A stretch of DNA of 43,172 nucleotides, from sequence record SRR20825010_2901; one strand, written 5' to 3'. The first letter of the stretch is position 1. Each line of letters starts with the position of its first letter. The translations under genes were made by a program, and so were the position numbers. The notes below the pieces were generated by a model, which was not told the DNA's origin, ran no database searches, and saw nothing but the letters and a program-made list of their open reading frames with translations. Shown in pieces: positions 34,192 through 43,172 of the stretch.

Positions 34192-36081
34192 TTAATAAGC
34201 ACGTACTTCAACTCCCTTCATGAAGTTGACAAATGCCTTATTTACCACCTTATTCCCACCCGGGGTAGGATAATCACCAGTGAAATACCAGTCTCCCGAA
34301 TGATTTGGGCAAGCTTTGTGTAAGTTCTCCACGGTTTGATAGACCACTTCCAACTCCGCTTTCATTTTCTTAGGTTTCACTATCTGAGTGATTTTCGCTG
34401 AAACCTGTTCGTAAGTGAACGGCGCATAAAGTTCCTTCACATAGTTTGGAGCATTATTCTTGTTTCCAGAGGCCAAGCATTTATCATAAACCTCATCAAG
34501 CAAATAGCTTTTCCCACTATCCTCCAACAACGCCAAAACCGCTCTGAACGCCACAAATTCTTTCATCTTACTCATATCTATCCCGTAGCAATCCGGAAAA
34601 CGAATCTGAGGAGCTGATGATACAATCACTACTTTTTTAGGCTCTAATTTATCAAGCAATGTTAAAATGCTCTTTTCAAGCGTAGTACCACGAACGATGG
34701 AATCATCGATAATTACCAATGTATCCCTGTTTTTCTTGACCACTTCATATGTGGTATCATAGACATGAGCAACAAGCTCATCCCGACTGGCATCATCAGT
34801 AATGAAGGTTCGTAGCTTAGCATCTTTCAAAACAAGCTTTTCGACACGGGGTGTAAAGGACAAAATATCCTCAACAGAATCCGCTGTTGGCTTATTATCG
34901 ATGATAATGTCTTTCCGTTGATTGATCAAATATTGATCAACACCTCTGAGCAACCCTAAAAAGGACGTTTCGGCAGTATTGGGGATATAGCTGAAAATGG
35001 TGTTTTTCAGATCAAAATTAACCGCCTTCAATACTTGAGGAATCAACAACTCACCAAGTTTCCGTCGTTCGTTATAAATATCCGGATCGGTTCCTCTGGA
35101 AAAATAGATTCGTTCGAATGAACAAGATTTCTTTTCAAGCGGTTTGATAAATTGTTCTTCCTTAAAATTTCCTTCCTTATCAATAATAAGGGCGTGCCCT
35201 GGCTTAACCTCCTTTATCTCCGAATATTCGCAATTCGTAGTTGTTTTGATGGCCGGCTTCTCAGAAGCAACAATAACTACCTCATCGTCTGCGTAATAAT
35301 AGGCAGGTCGGATTCCATTCGGATCACGAGCTACAAAGGCCGCTCCGTACCCTACCATACCAGTCATGGTATATCCTCCGTCAAAATCACGACATGATCG
35401 TTCGAGTACCCGACGTAAATCGAGTTCTTTTTCGATCAGGGCAGTCATTTCCTTGTTGGAAGGAATCCGATCTTTGTATTTATTAAAAATAATCTGATTT
35501 TCTTCATCGAGAAAGTGTCCGATTTTTTCCATCACGGTAACTGTATCCACCACTTCTTTGGGGTGCTGGCCTAGCGAAACGAGCTTATCAAAAAGCTCGT
35601 CCACATTGGTCATATTGAAGTTTCCGGCAACTACAAGGTTTCTGCTTCTCCAATTATTCTGCCTCAAAAACGGATGACAGCTTTCGATGCTATTCTTTCC
35701 GTGTGTTCCGTAGCGTAAATGCCCCATCCAAACCTCTCCGGTGAAGGCTGTGTTTTCCTTCATCCATTGGGCATCCATGTATTTCTTCTTGCTTTCGTCC
35801 TGAGCCTTGCTGTATTTTTTCTTAATCTTGGCGAAAATCTCGTCGATGGGCTGCTGATTGATGGTTCGGTAGCGGCTGATGTATCGCGAGCCAGGCTCCA
35901 TATCCAACTTGATGTTGGCTACCCCGACTCCATCTTGACCTCTGTTGTGCTGCTTTTGCATCAGAATGTACATTTTCTGAGCTGCGTAAGCAGGTGTACC
36001 GTATTTATCGATATAGTACTGGAGGGGTTTTCTCAGGCGAAGTAAAGCCACGCCGCATTCGTGTTTTATCGGATCACTCAT
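34192..36081 (-). CDS. purF: Amidophosphoribosyltransferase
   Basis: MSDPIKHE-CG propeptide/Ntn Cys, QHNRGQDG, GHLRYGT, CSFERIYFSR, PRPP motif IIDDSIVRGTT, and YGIDM. Confidence 0.95.
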   Translation of the reverse strand: MSDPIKHECGVALLRLRKPLQYYIDKYGTPAYAAQKMYILMQKQHNRGQDGVGVANIKLDMEPGSRYISRYRTINQQPIDEIFAKIKKKYSKAQDESKKKYMDAQWMKENTAFTGEVWMGHLRYGTHGKNSIESCHPFLRQNNWRSRNLVVAGNFNMTNVDELFDKLVSLGQHPKEVVDTVTVMEKIGHFLDEENQIIFNKYKDRIPSNKEMTALIEKELDLRRVLERSCRDFDGGYTMTGMVGYGAAFVARDPNGIRPAYYYADDEVVIVASEKPAIKTTTNCEYSEIKEVKPGHALIIDKEGNFKEEQFIKPLEKKSCSFERIYFSRGTDPDIYNERRKLGELLIPQVLKAVNFDLKNTIFSYIPNTAETSFLGLLRGVDQYLINQRKDIIIDNKPTADSVEDILSFTPRVEKLVLKDAKLRTFITDDASRDELVAHVYDTTYEVVKKNRDTLVIIDDSIVRGTTLEKSILTLLDKLEPKKVVIVSSAPQIRFPDCYGIDMSKMKEFVAFRAVLALLEDSGKSYLLDEVYDKCLASGNKNNAPNYVKELYAPFTYEQVSAKITQIVKPKKMKAELEVVYQTVENLHKACPNHSGDWYFTGDYPTPGGNKVVNKAFVNFMKGVEVRAY

Positions 36082-36088
36082 AAATCGG

Positions 36089-37519
36089 TTACCATTCGAC
36101 TGCTTTGAAATTAAGCACAATGTTATTCAATATTTCCGGGCTTAGGAAAAACCAGAACAGTAACATGACCAAAATAGTTGCGAATAGTTTTGGGAAAGAC
36201 TTTATATCAAATTGAAACGTTTTATCAACCGAACCTAAGAAAAAATAGTACGGAATCCTGAGGTAGTAGAAGAGCGACAAAATGACACTTAATACTGCTA
36301 CCATGAAATACGAAAGAATGAAACCATCGCCAAGCCGCTCAAAAGTATACCAGAGGCCAGAAAAAAGGTAAAATTTAGCAGTAAAACCAGCGGTAGGTGG
36401 TAGTCCGATCAGCGAAATCAATACAAGCAAAAACAAGACGCCCATGTATGGGTGCTTCTTGCCCAAACCAGAAAATTCAGCTATTGAAGTAATTCCTTCT
36501 TCCTCAAAAACCGAAACCAAATAAAACAGCGCCAGATTCATAGTAGCGTAAATAAATGCATACCAGAAAAATGCTGTAGACCCCATCTCACCGGTTATCA
36601 AAAGACAGCTCAGAAACAAGCCAGAGTGGGCAATGGCTCCATAGGCCATCAGTCGCTTCACATTCCTCTGTTTCAAGGCACCAAAAGTTCCTAAGAGAAT
36701 GGTAGCCATTCCCACAACCGCCAATAATGGCATCAACCAATAGATTGAATCCAAATCGACAATAAATACAATTCTATGAAGCAGAACCAGGGCAGCTATT
36801 TTAGGCACCACGCTCAGTACTGCAACGGCATCTGTTGGAGCTTCCTGATAGGTGGATGGCGTCCAAATATGAAAAGGAAACACACTGATCTTAAACAAAA
36901 GTCCACCAACCAAAGCCAAAATACCGATGGCTAAAAAGGGGTCTTCACCTGATAAATTCAATTCATTTAAGTTCAGGCTTCCTCCAAGGCCATAAATAAT
37001 TGAAATACCATAAAGCATCACCGCGGAGCTTACTCCACCGAACAACAAATACTTTAGCCCTGCCTCGAATGAGCGTTTTTTAAAGTTGAAATTGGTGATC
37101 AGGTAAGATGAAAAGGAAGTTAACTCGATTGAGATATAAGCCACCAGTAAATGATTCGCTGACGTCATAAAAACAGAGCCTATCAAAATGGAAAGCACCA
37201 AAAAGTAAAACTCTGGACTCTGATCTTTGGCATTGGAATAAAACACAATCCAAATACAAAAACCAACCAACAAGAGTTTAACCAAACTTTCGAGCGGTCC
37301 GATAGCCAGTGTGTTGGTCAGTATCTCTTGAGGGTATAAAAAATGATCTTTAGCAACAAAGGCAACTACAAGTACAGTACAAAAAGCGATACGATGAACA
37401 AGGTTGTTTTTATTGATAAGACCAAGGATCAAAAACATGAGCGCACCACCAATCAGCAGCATTTCCATTTTCAGGAATGCCAATTGGTCAATGATCTGTA
37501 CGAGCTGCTCTTTCAACAT
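36089..37519 (-). CDS. nuoN: NADH-quinone oxidoreductase subunit N
   Basis: EAGLKY, FKISVFPFHIWTP and GLPPTAGF.AKF; last gene of the nuo series. Confidence 0.95.
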   Translation of the reverse strand: MLKEQLVQIIDQLAFLKMEMLLIGGALMFLILGLINKNNLVHRIAFCTVLVVAFVAKDHFLYPQEILTNTLAIGPLESLVKLLLVGFCIWIVFYSNAKDQSPEFYFLVLSILIGSVFMTSANHLLVAYISIELTSFSSYLITNFNFKKRSFEAGLKYLLFGGVSSAVMLYGISIIYGLGGSLNLNELNLSGEDPFLAIGILALVGGLLFKISVFPFHIWTPSTYQEAPTDAVAVLSVVPKIAALVLLHRIVFIVDLDSIYWLMPLLAVVGMATILLGTFGALKQRNVKRLMAYGAIAHSGLFLSCLLITGEMGSTAFFWYAFIYATMNLALFYLVSVFEEEGITSIAEFSGLGKKHPYMGVLFLLVLISLIGLPPTAGFTAKFYLFSGLWYTFERLGDGFILSYFMVAVLSVILSLFYYLRIPYYFFLGSVDKTFQFDIKSFPKLFATILVMLLFWFFLSPEILNNIVLNFKAVEW

Positions 37520-37521
37520 CT

Positions 37522-39177
37522 TTAGTTGTTTAGCATATCTCTACCAGTGGTCAACACCTGATTCACGAAGAAATTGATTGAATTATCCAGCGGATCGAGA
37601 ATGAGACCAGGGAATATTCCAAAGAGTAAAACAAGGATAGCCAAAGGTAAAAGCATCAACCATTCCCGCTGATCCAAATCAAGCATTTTGGAATCCCACT
37701 CTTCTTTTCGTGTCCAATATTTTCCAAAAAACATGCGCTGGAGCGCCCACAAATAATACGCAGCAGAGATGATAATACCCAACACGGCAACCATCCCCAA
37801 CCAGCGAGGAAGTAGCCCGTTAATGTTTTGCGATCCAATACCCCCAATCAAAGTAAGAAGTTCTCCTACAAACCCGGAAAAGCCCGGCAATCCCAAAGAG
37901 GCAAAAAAGAAAATTACTGTAAAGAAGGTGTAAACAGGCATTTTGCTAGCCAACCCGCTCAAATTATCAATTTTACGATCGTGCGTGCGGTCATAAACAA
38001 CCCCAACAATCAAAAACAAGGCCCCTGAAATCAATCCATGTGAGATCATCTGAAACAAGGATCCAGAGACGCCCTCAACTGTCAAACTTGCTAAACCTAA
38101 CAACACAAAGCCCATATGGGAGACGGAAGAATAGGCAATCAGACGCTTGAGGTCCGTTTGTGCCATGGCCACAAGGCCTCCATAAACAATGGACAAAACA
38201 CCGAAAACAGCCACAGGATAAGCAAATTCAATTGCTCCATCCGGGAAAATCCCATACGCTATTCTAAAAAACCCATAGCCCCCTACTTTCAACAATATCC
38301 CTGCTAAAATGACAGAAATGGCAGTTGGTGCTTCTACGTGCGCATCGGGAAGCCAGGTATGAAAAGGAACAACTGGCAATTTGATAGCGAACCCAAGCAT
38401 CAACAGGATGAACGCCCAATATCTAAATGAAAGCCCCCAAAGGGTTGCTTCATTATCAGGAGCTAAAATGGAGTCAAAGAGATAGTTTCCTTCCATCATT
38501 TGCACCATACTGAACGTGTGCACAGTTTCAATTTTCCCGCTTTCATCTGCCAGTTCCAGTGCTCTTGTCGGATCTTCTACGGAAATAAAAAGGGCAATCA
38601 TTACTATCAAAATAAGCAATGAACCAAGCAGTGTGTAAAGGAAGAATTTGATTGATGCGTATGCCCTTCTTGGCCCTCCCCAAATTCCGATAAGGAAGAA
38701 CATCGGGAGCAACATAAATTCAAAAAATACATAAAAGAGGAATAAATCCAGAGCAACAAAACACCCGATGATGCTTGTGCTTAATATCAGATACAGGATA
38801 AAGTATCCTTTTACTTTTTCTTTCAGGTTCCAGGAGGATATCACACCAATGACCAATAGCAATGCACTCAGAACAACCAGCGGTAAGCTGATTCCATCAA
38901 CACCTACAAAATAATCAATAACAAAAACGCCGTAATTACCCAGACTCAACTGAATCCAATCGGATTTCTCTACAAAAAGAAAGGCCTCCGACCATTGAGA
39001 AGGGATGAAACTACCATCAAAGTCAATGAATAGTTTTAAAGAAAGGACGAGTTGAAGGGTGGTGGCTACCAGAGCAGCCACCTTTATTACTAAATGTTTC
39101 TCTTTTGGAATAAAGAAGACACCCAATGCAAAGAGCAGCGGTATAAATATGATCAGGCTTATCAGGTGTTCACTCAT
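37522..39177 (-). CDS. nuoM: NADH-quinone oxidoreductase subunit M
   Basis: GVDGIS, FYVFFE, PFHTWLPDAHVEAPT and IAYSSVSHMG. Confidence 0.97.
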   Translation of the reverse strand: MSEHLISLIIFIPLLFALGVFFIPKEKHLVIKVAALVATTLQLVLSLKLFIDFDGSFIPSQWSEAFLFVEKSDWIQLSLGNYGVFVIDYFVGVDGISLPLVVLSALLLVIGVISSWNLKEKVKGYFILYLILSTSIIGCFVALDLFLFYVFFEFMLLPMFFLIGIWGGPRRAYASIKFFLYTLLGSLLILIVMIALFISVEDPTRALELADESGKIETVHTFSMVQMMEGNYLFDSILAPDNEATLWGLSFRYWAFILLMLGFAIKLPVVPFHTWLPDAHVEAPTAISVILAGILLKVGGYGFFRIAYGIFPDGAIEFAYPVAVFGVLSIVYGGLVAMAQTDLKRLIAYSSVSHMGFVLLGLASLTVEGVSGSLFQMISHGLISGALFLIVGVVYDRTHDRKIDNLSGLASKMPVYTFFTVIFFFASLGLPGFSGFVGELLTLIGGIGSQNINGLLPRWLGMVAVLGIIISAAYYLWALQRMFFGKYWTRKEEWDSKMLDLDQREWLMLLPLAILVLLFGIFPGLILDPLDNSINFFVNQVLTTGRDMLNN

Positions 39178-39180
39178 TTG

Positions 39181-41127
39181 TCAAAACAAAAACCAATAAA
39201 TTAAAAATACCAAAACGCTCAACATAACCATCAACTGCGTCTGAATACCCGGCGCTTGTATTCGTGTCAGCAGGCTGCCGATCCATCTGAAAAACCCCGC
39301 CAGTAAATTGACGAAACCATCCACCACGTAGCGGTCTACCACTCCAAGTGTTTTCCCAATAATAATTCCACCAACACCCACACCCTCTACTGCCCGGTCA
39401 ACAACTTTTTTATCCAGCCAAAACGCGAAGGTACTGACTATTAAAAAACCGCGATTAATCAGATTGTAAAACCTGTCTATATACCAGCCTTCCTTCCAAA
39501 AAGCCGAAAGAAAAGAAGTCCTGCTTTCGTTCTTATAATCGAGTACATACTGCGAGCCCGGTTTGTATTTCCTGATGGCTAGAAAAAGCCCTGTCGTTAC
39601 CAAAACAATGGAGGCAATGAGGGTTATTAAACCCAAACTGGATTTGGTGACTTCAAGATGACTTCCAAAAAGAAATTCATTTAAATGCCATCCGTGCCCA
39701 TCGAACGGATTAAAAGTAACCAAGAGCCAAACAGAGCCTAACGAAAGAAGAATCAAAGGTAATTTCACGACCATCCACGGCTCAAAATCTTCCTTCCCCG
39801 CACCAACCAATTCGGTACGCGGTTGACCAAGGAACACCAATAAAATCTGGCGCGTAATGTAAAAAGGCGTTAAAAGTGCAGTAGTAAAGGCAAGCATCAA
39901 CACAAATAATGTCAAGCCACTATTGAGATTCGACGTAGCAAACCATTCCAGCACAGCTCCCAAAATTCCTTCTTTGGAGAGAAAGCCAGAAGTAAAAGGC
40001 AGGCCTGCCAATGCCGCTCCGCAAACGACATAAGTCACGAATGTGAAAGGCAAGAAACGCTTCAATCCACCCATGTTCCGCATCTCCTGGGCATCTGCAT
40101 CATGATTGGCTTTGTGTATGAAATGGATGACGTTTCCTGCAGCCAGAAACAAGCCCGCTTTGAAAAAAGCGTGCGTCCATAAATGAAAGATTGAAGATTG
40201 AAAAGCCCCTACACCAACTCCAAGAATCATATACCCCAGCTGTGAAATAGTGGAATACGCAAGAACAGCCTTAATGTCGTTTTGAAATAGCGCTGAAACC
40301 CCGGCCATAAAAGCCGTAAAGGCTCCAACAAATGCAACGATCATCAGAACCTCCTCTGTCAAAAACGGAAAAACGCGAACCAATAAATAAATACCCGCTG
40401 TGACCATGGTAGCGGCATGAATCAATGCTGAAACCGGTGTTGGTCCGGCCATGGCCTTATTTAACCAACCAAAAAACGGAAACTGAGCGGATTTCCCAAA
40501 AGCACCAATGGCCAGGGCAATTCCCGTAAATGTGATCAAAGCGGATGATCCAGAAGCTTTCATTTCCGAAATGAACGATAAATCAAACACAGAAATCAAA
40601 AGGATAATACCAATCAACAAGGCAGCATCCGCCATCCGATTGACCATGAAAGCTGTTTTGGCACTCGTTGCTTTTTCAATATCCTTAAACCAAAAACCTA
40701 TGAGTAAATAAGATGAAAAACCCACCAGCTCCCAAAAAACAAAAACGAGCAGCAAATGATCTGCAGCCAGCAAACCAAGCATAGACGTAGTGAAGAATCC
40801 CAATTTGAAAAAATACCGTTTGATCCCGGGATCACCCTTCATATAATGCAAAGAGAAAACATGCACCAAAAAGGAAATGAGATAAACCAGTGAGATGAGG
40901 ATAGCGCTGAGCTGATCAATATGCACACCAAACTCGATAGTAGATGTCCAGCCCCAACGGATAACCAAAGGCTGAACAAATACAAGACTTATCGCTCCCA
41001 AGAAACCTAAGCCAACAAATAAGGAAGCCAGCCAATTCGTATTTTTCGATTGAATGAAATAACCCAACGTTCCTCCAATCAAAGGAAGAAATAAAATAAG
41101 GGCGATATGTAAAATCGAATTATCCAG
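39181..41127 (-). CDS. nuoL: NADH-quinone oxidoreductase subunit L (start probably upstream of the TTG at 41082; CTG 41127 proposed)
   Basis: FWELVG, KSAQFP, AMAGPTPVSALIHAATMV and THAFFKA. The in-frame upstream 'ILHIALILFLPLIGG' is TM1. Confidence 0.93.
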   Translation of the reverse strand: MDNSILHIALILFLPLIGGTLGYFIQSKNTNWLASLFVGLGFLGAISLVFVQPLVIRWGWTSTIEFGVHIDQLSAILISLVYLISFLVHVFSLHYMKGDPGIKRYFFKLGFFTTSMLGLLAADHLLLVFVFWELVGFSSYLLIGFWFKDIEKATSAKTAFMVNRMADAALLIGIILLISVFDLSFISEMKASGSSALITFTGIALAIGAFGKSAQFPFFGWLNKAMAGPTPVSALIHAATMVTAGIYLLVRVFPFLTEEVLMIVAFVGAFTAFMAGVSALFQNDIKAVLAYSTISQLGYMILGVGVGAFQSSIFHLWTHAFFKAGLFLAAGNVIHFIHKANHDADAQEMRNMGGLKRFLPFTFVTYVVCGAALAGLPFTSGFLSKEGILGAVLEWFATSNLNSGLTLFVLMLAFTTALLTPFYITRQILLVFLGQPRTELVGAGKEDFEPWMVVKLPLILLSLGSVWLLVTFNPFDGHGWHLNEFLFGSHLEVTKSSLGLITLIASIVLVTTGLFLAIRKYKPGSQYVLDYKNESRTSFLSAFWKEGWYIDRFYNLINRGFLIVSTFAFWLDKKVVDRAVEGVGVGGIIIGKTLGVVDRYVVDGFVNLLAGFFRWIGSLLTRIQAPGIQTQLMVMLSVLVFLIYWFLF

Positions 41128-41134
41128 GGTAACT

Positions 41135-41443
41135 CTAGTATTTTAACTCATCCAATTGATCCAATTCTGTAGTTTCGTACTGTTTGTAAATGTTCAACAA
41201 AATTGCCAATGCAATAGCCACTTCAGCTGCTGCAAGCACCACTGAGAAGACAGCAAACACCTGCCCATCTAAACTAGGGTCAAACCTCGAAAAGGCAACC
41301 AAATTTAGATTCGCCGCATTCAAAATCAATTCTATTCCGAGCAAAACAAAGACCGCATTCTTTTTAATCAAAACGATCAAAATGCCTGCGCTAAAAAGGA
41401 ACGCCGAAAGAAACAGATAATAGTTCAAAGGGATGGCGCTCAT
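41135..41443 (-). CDS. nuoK: NADH-quinone oxidoreductase subunit K
   Basis: IELILNAANLN and AAAEVAIALA; 102 aa with 3 TM helices. Confidence 0.97.
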   Translation of the reverse strand: MSAIPLNYYLFLSAFLFSAGILIVLIKKNAVFVLLGIELILNAANLNLVAFSRFDPSLDGQVFAVFSVVLAAAEVAIALAILLNIYKQYETTELDQLDELKY

Positions 41444-41943
41444 TGGTCTGATTTTTTAGCTAAAAAGGCGGCTCCAACCAGAGCAATCAGCAATAACAAA
41501 GCAATCAATTCGAATGCAACCAAATGATCTGTGAGATAAAGCACCCCTATTCTTTCAGATTGACCCATACTGCTCTCAAGCCCTTCTGGCCATTTTTGAT
41601 CTGAAACGATGACAGCTTTCACCAAAAAGAAAAAGAGGACACCTGCAACCAAAATCCCAGGGATGACCAAATGTTGTTCGGTAAAAACGCCCGCCTTAGT
41701 GGTGCGTTTGGTTAGCATCACGCCAAAAATCAACAAAATAACAATGCCCCCAGCATAAACCAGTATCTGAACCACCGCCATAAATTCTGCATTCAACAAA
41801 ACATAGATAGCTGCAATGCCGAGCAAGCTCACTGCAAACGCGAAAGCAGCCCGAATGATGTTCTTAGTAAAAACCAAATAGAACACTGGCAGAATCACCA
41901 TCGATGCAAACCCAAAGAACAATATATCAAGAGGCATCTCCAT
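41440..41943 (-). CDS. nuoJ: NADH-quinone oxidoreductase subunit J
   Basis: AEFMAVVQILVYAGGI..L.IF.VML and FELIALLLLIALVGA. Confidence 0.96.
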   Translation of the reverse strand: MEMPLDILFFGFASMVILPVFYLVFTKNIIRAAFAFAVSLLGIAAIYVLLNAEFMAVVQILVYAGGIVILLIFGVMLTKRTTKAGVFTEQHLVIPGILVAGVLFFFLVKAVIVSDQKWPEGLESSMGQSERIGVLYLTDHLVAFELIALLLLIALVGAAFLAKKSDQ

Positions 41944-42859
41944 CGTCTTTAGGTTTTCTTATGATCGGTCTTGGCCGAAACTTGGGCTTCTCTTTTACAG
42001 GCTTTTCTCCGGATAGTTTTGGTTCCTCGTCTGCCTTTTTGATTACTGGTTTGACTTTCATCACCGGTTTTGATTTCGGAGTGTCAGTTATGGACTCGTC
42101 CACGGTCTTTTTAATCATTGGTTTCGGGCGAAACTTAGGCTTAGGTTTTTCCTCACTAACTTCACCGGTATCCGGCGCAGGTTTAGCAGCTGGCAGTTTC
42201 ACCTTCGGTCGGAAAACCGGTTTTGGTTTTACTTCACCTACCGTACTTACGTTTTCTTCCGTAGTTTCGATAGAAGATTTCTTAGCCTCAACTTCCAATT
42301 TTTGCGCCGCTTTTTGTTTCTCTACCTCAGCGGCCTCCTTCTGTTTTTGTGCGATCTCAACCAAACTCATTTCACCAAACTCATATTTATGATCACGCAC
42401 ATCAAACTCGCTGAAATCATAAACCTTCGTCATAGTGAGGCATTCCGTAGGGCAAACAGTTGTGCATAACCCACAGAAGCAGCACTTAGCCATGTCAATA
42501 TCAAATTTCGCTGCGTAGATCCGCTTTGGCGTCCCGTCTGAGGTCAGACCGATTGTTTCGGATGACTTAATGGGTTCGATATCTATACAATCAACCGGAC
42601 AAACTTTTGCACACTTATCACATACGATACAGTCATCTATTTCATTATGAAGGCGGTATCTACCTGTATCTGGAACAGGAAACGATTCATGGGGATATTG
42701 AAGTGTGAAAATTCCTTTGTCCGCTTCAAAATAAGTTTCATCCGCTACCCCAACAGGCTTTCTGGATGCTGTTGCCTCGGAAAGGTATTTTAAAGTGAGT
42801 TTCAAACCACTCGACAAAGTCCTGAAGGAATCCCTTATGCTTTTGAAATAGCTGCTCAT
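41927..42859 (-). CDS. nuoI: NADH-quinone oxidoreductase subunit I with a long Pro/Lys-rich C-terminal tail
   Basis: TLQYP and two 4Fe-4S motifs, CIVCDKCAKVCP and CCFCGLCTTVCP. ATG 42859 overlaps the nuoH TGA (ATGA). Confidence 0.93.
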   Translation of the reverse strand: MSSYFKSIRDSFRTLSSGLKLTLKYLSEATASRKPVGVADETYFEADKGIFTLQYPHESFPVPDTGRYRLHNEIDDCIVCDKCAKVCPVDCIDIEPIKSSETIGLTSDGTPKRIYAAKFDIDMAKCCFCGLCTTVCPTECLTMTKVYDFSEFDVRDHKYEFGEMSLVEIAQKQKEAAEVEKQKAAQKLEVEAKKSSIETTEENVSTVGEVKPKPVFRPKVKLPAAKPAPDTGEVSEEKPKPKFRPKPMIKKTVDESITDTPKSKPVMKVKPVIKKADEEPKLSGEKPVKEKPKFRPRPIIRKPKDDGDAS

Positions 42860-43172
42860 ATCACCCACAATTTCCAGATGCCAACAATGAACAACAAGGC
42901 AATTGCTGCCGGAGTTAGATATTTCCAGCTCAATGACATCAGCTGATCCACCCGCAAACGTGGGTAGGTCCATCGAGCCATCATTTGAAAAAAGATGAAT
43001 ACCATGGCTTTGCTCACAAGCCAAAACACACCCCAGACTGAACCGTTAGTCATTTCAGCCAGGTGAAATGATCCTATGTTTGGAAGTGGGGAATACCAGC
43101 CTCCAAAAAACAACACCGCTCCCAAAAACGAAATCAGGAGCATCATTCCATATTCAGCCAACATAAACAAAC
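42856..43172 (-). CDS. nuoH: NADH-quinone oxidoreductase subunit H (3' part; truncated by the window edge)
   Basis: LAEY, LFFGGW and RWTYPRLRVDQLM..SWK.L.P. Confidence 0.95.
   Translation of the reverse strand, partial: LFMLAEYGMMLLISFLGAVLFFGGWYSPLPNIGSFHLAEMTNGSVWGVFWLVSKAMVFIFFQMMARWTYPRLRVDQLMSLSWKYLTPAAIALLFIVGIWKLWVI

Noticed and set aside
958-42392. Numerous 60-175 aa ORFs antisense to or nested in confident genes (e.g. 1509..2030, 4914..5366, 10364..10876, 14402..14854, 41904..42392)
   Set aside because: Shadow ORFs of well-supported genes with no independent motifs.
42860-43024. N-terminal extension of nuoI in the ORF track
   Set aside because: It lies inside nuoH in another frame. 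ATGA coupling at 42856..42859 marks the real start.

Overview
A 43 kb chromosomal segment of a Bacteroidota bacterium, probably Cytophagales-like. This assignment is inferred from a T9SS C-terminal sorting domain, Bacteroidota-type lipoproteins, AT-rich leaders lacking Shine-Dalgarno motifs and the gene content. The left accessory part holds a ParD/ParE-type toxin-antitoxin pair bracketed by direct repeats. Next is a candidate cyclic-nucleotide/phosphate signalling locus: an HD domain fused to a Pycsar-type membrane effector, a SdiA-regulated/YjiK-like beta-propeller, a metallophosphoesterase + kinase-like + Omp85-barrel protein, and a membrane class III cyclase with non-canonical base-selecting residues. 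A fatty-acid hydroxylase follows. The middle is an ion-homeostasis cluster (CorA, a CPA1 antiporter, and a 1688-aa SLC12-like cotransporter fused to a P-loop ATPase) followed by pfkA, thiL, mce, iscA and several secreted or membrane proteins. The right part has a sulfur operon (metZ-like, sulfite reductase, two siroheme genes) preceded by a SAM-I riboswitch and an unannotated Cys-rich 28-aa uORF, then purF and the distal nuoH-N genes. I saw no rRNA, tRNA, CRISPR array or transposase. All calls come from motif recognition by eye; no database search was run.
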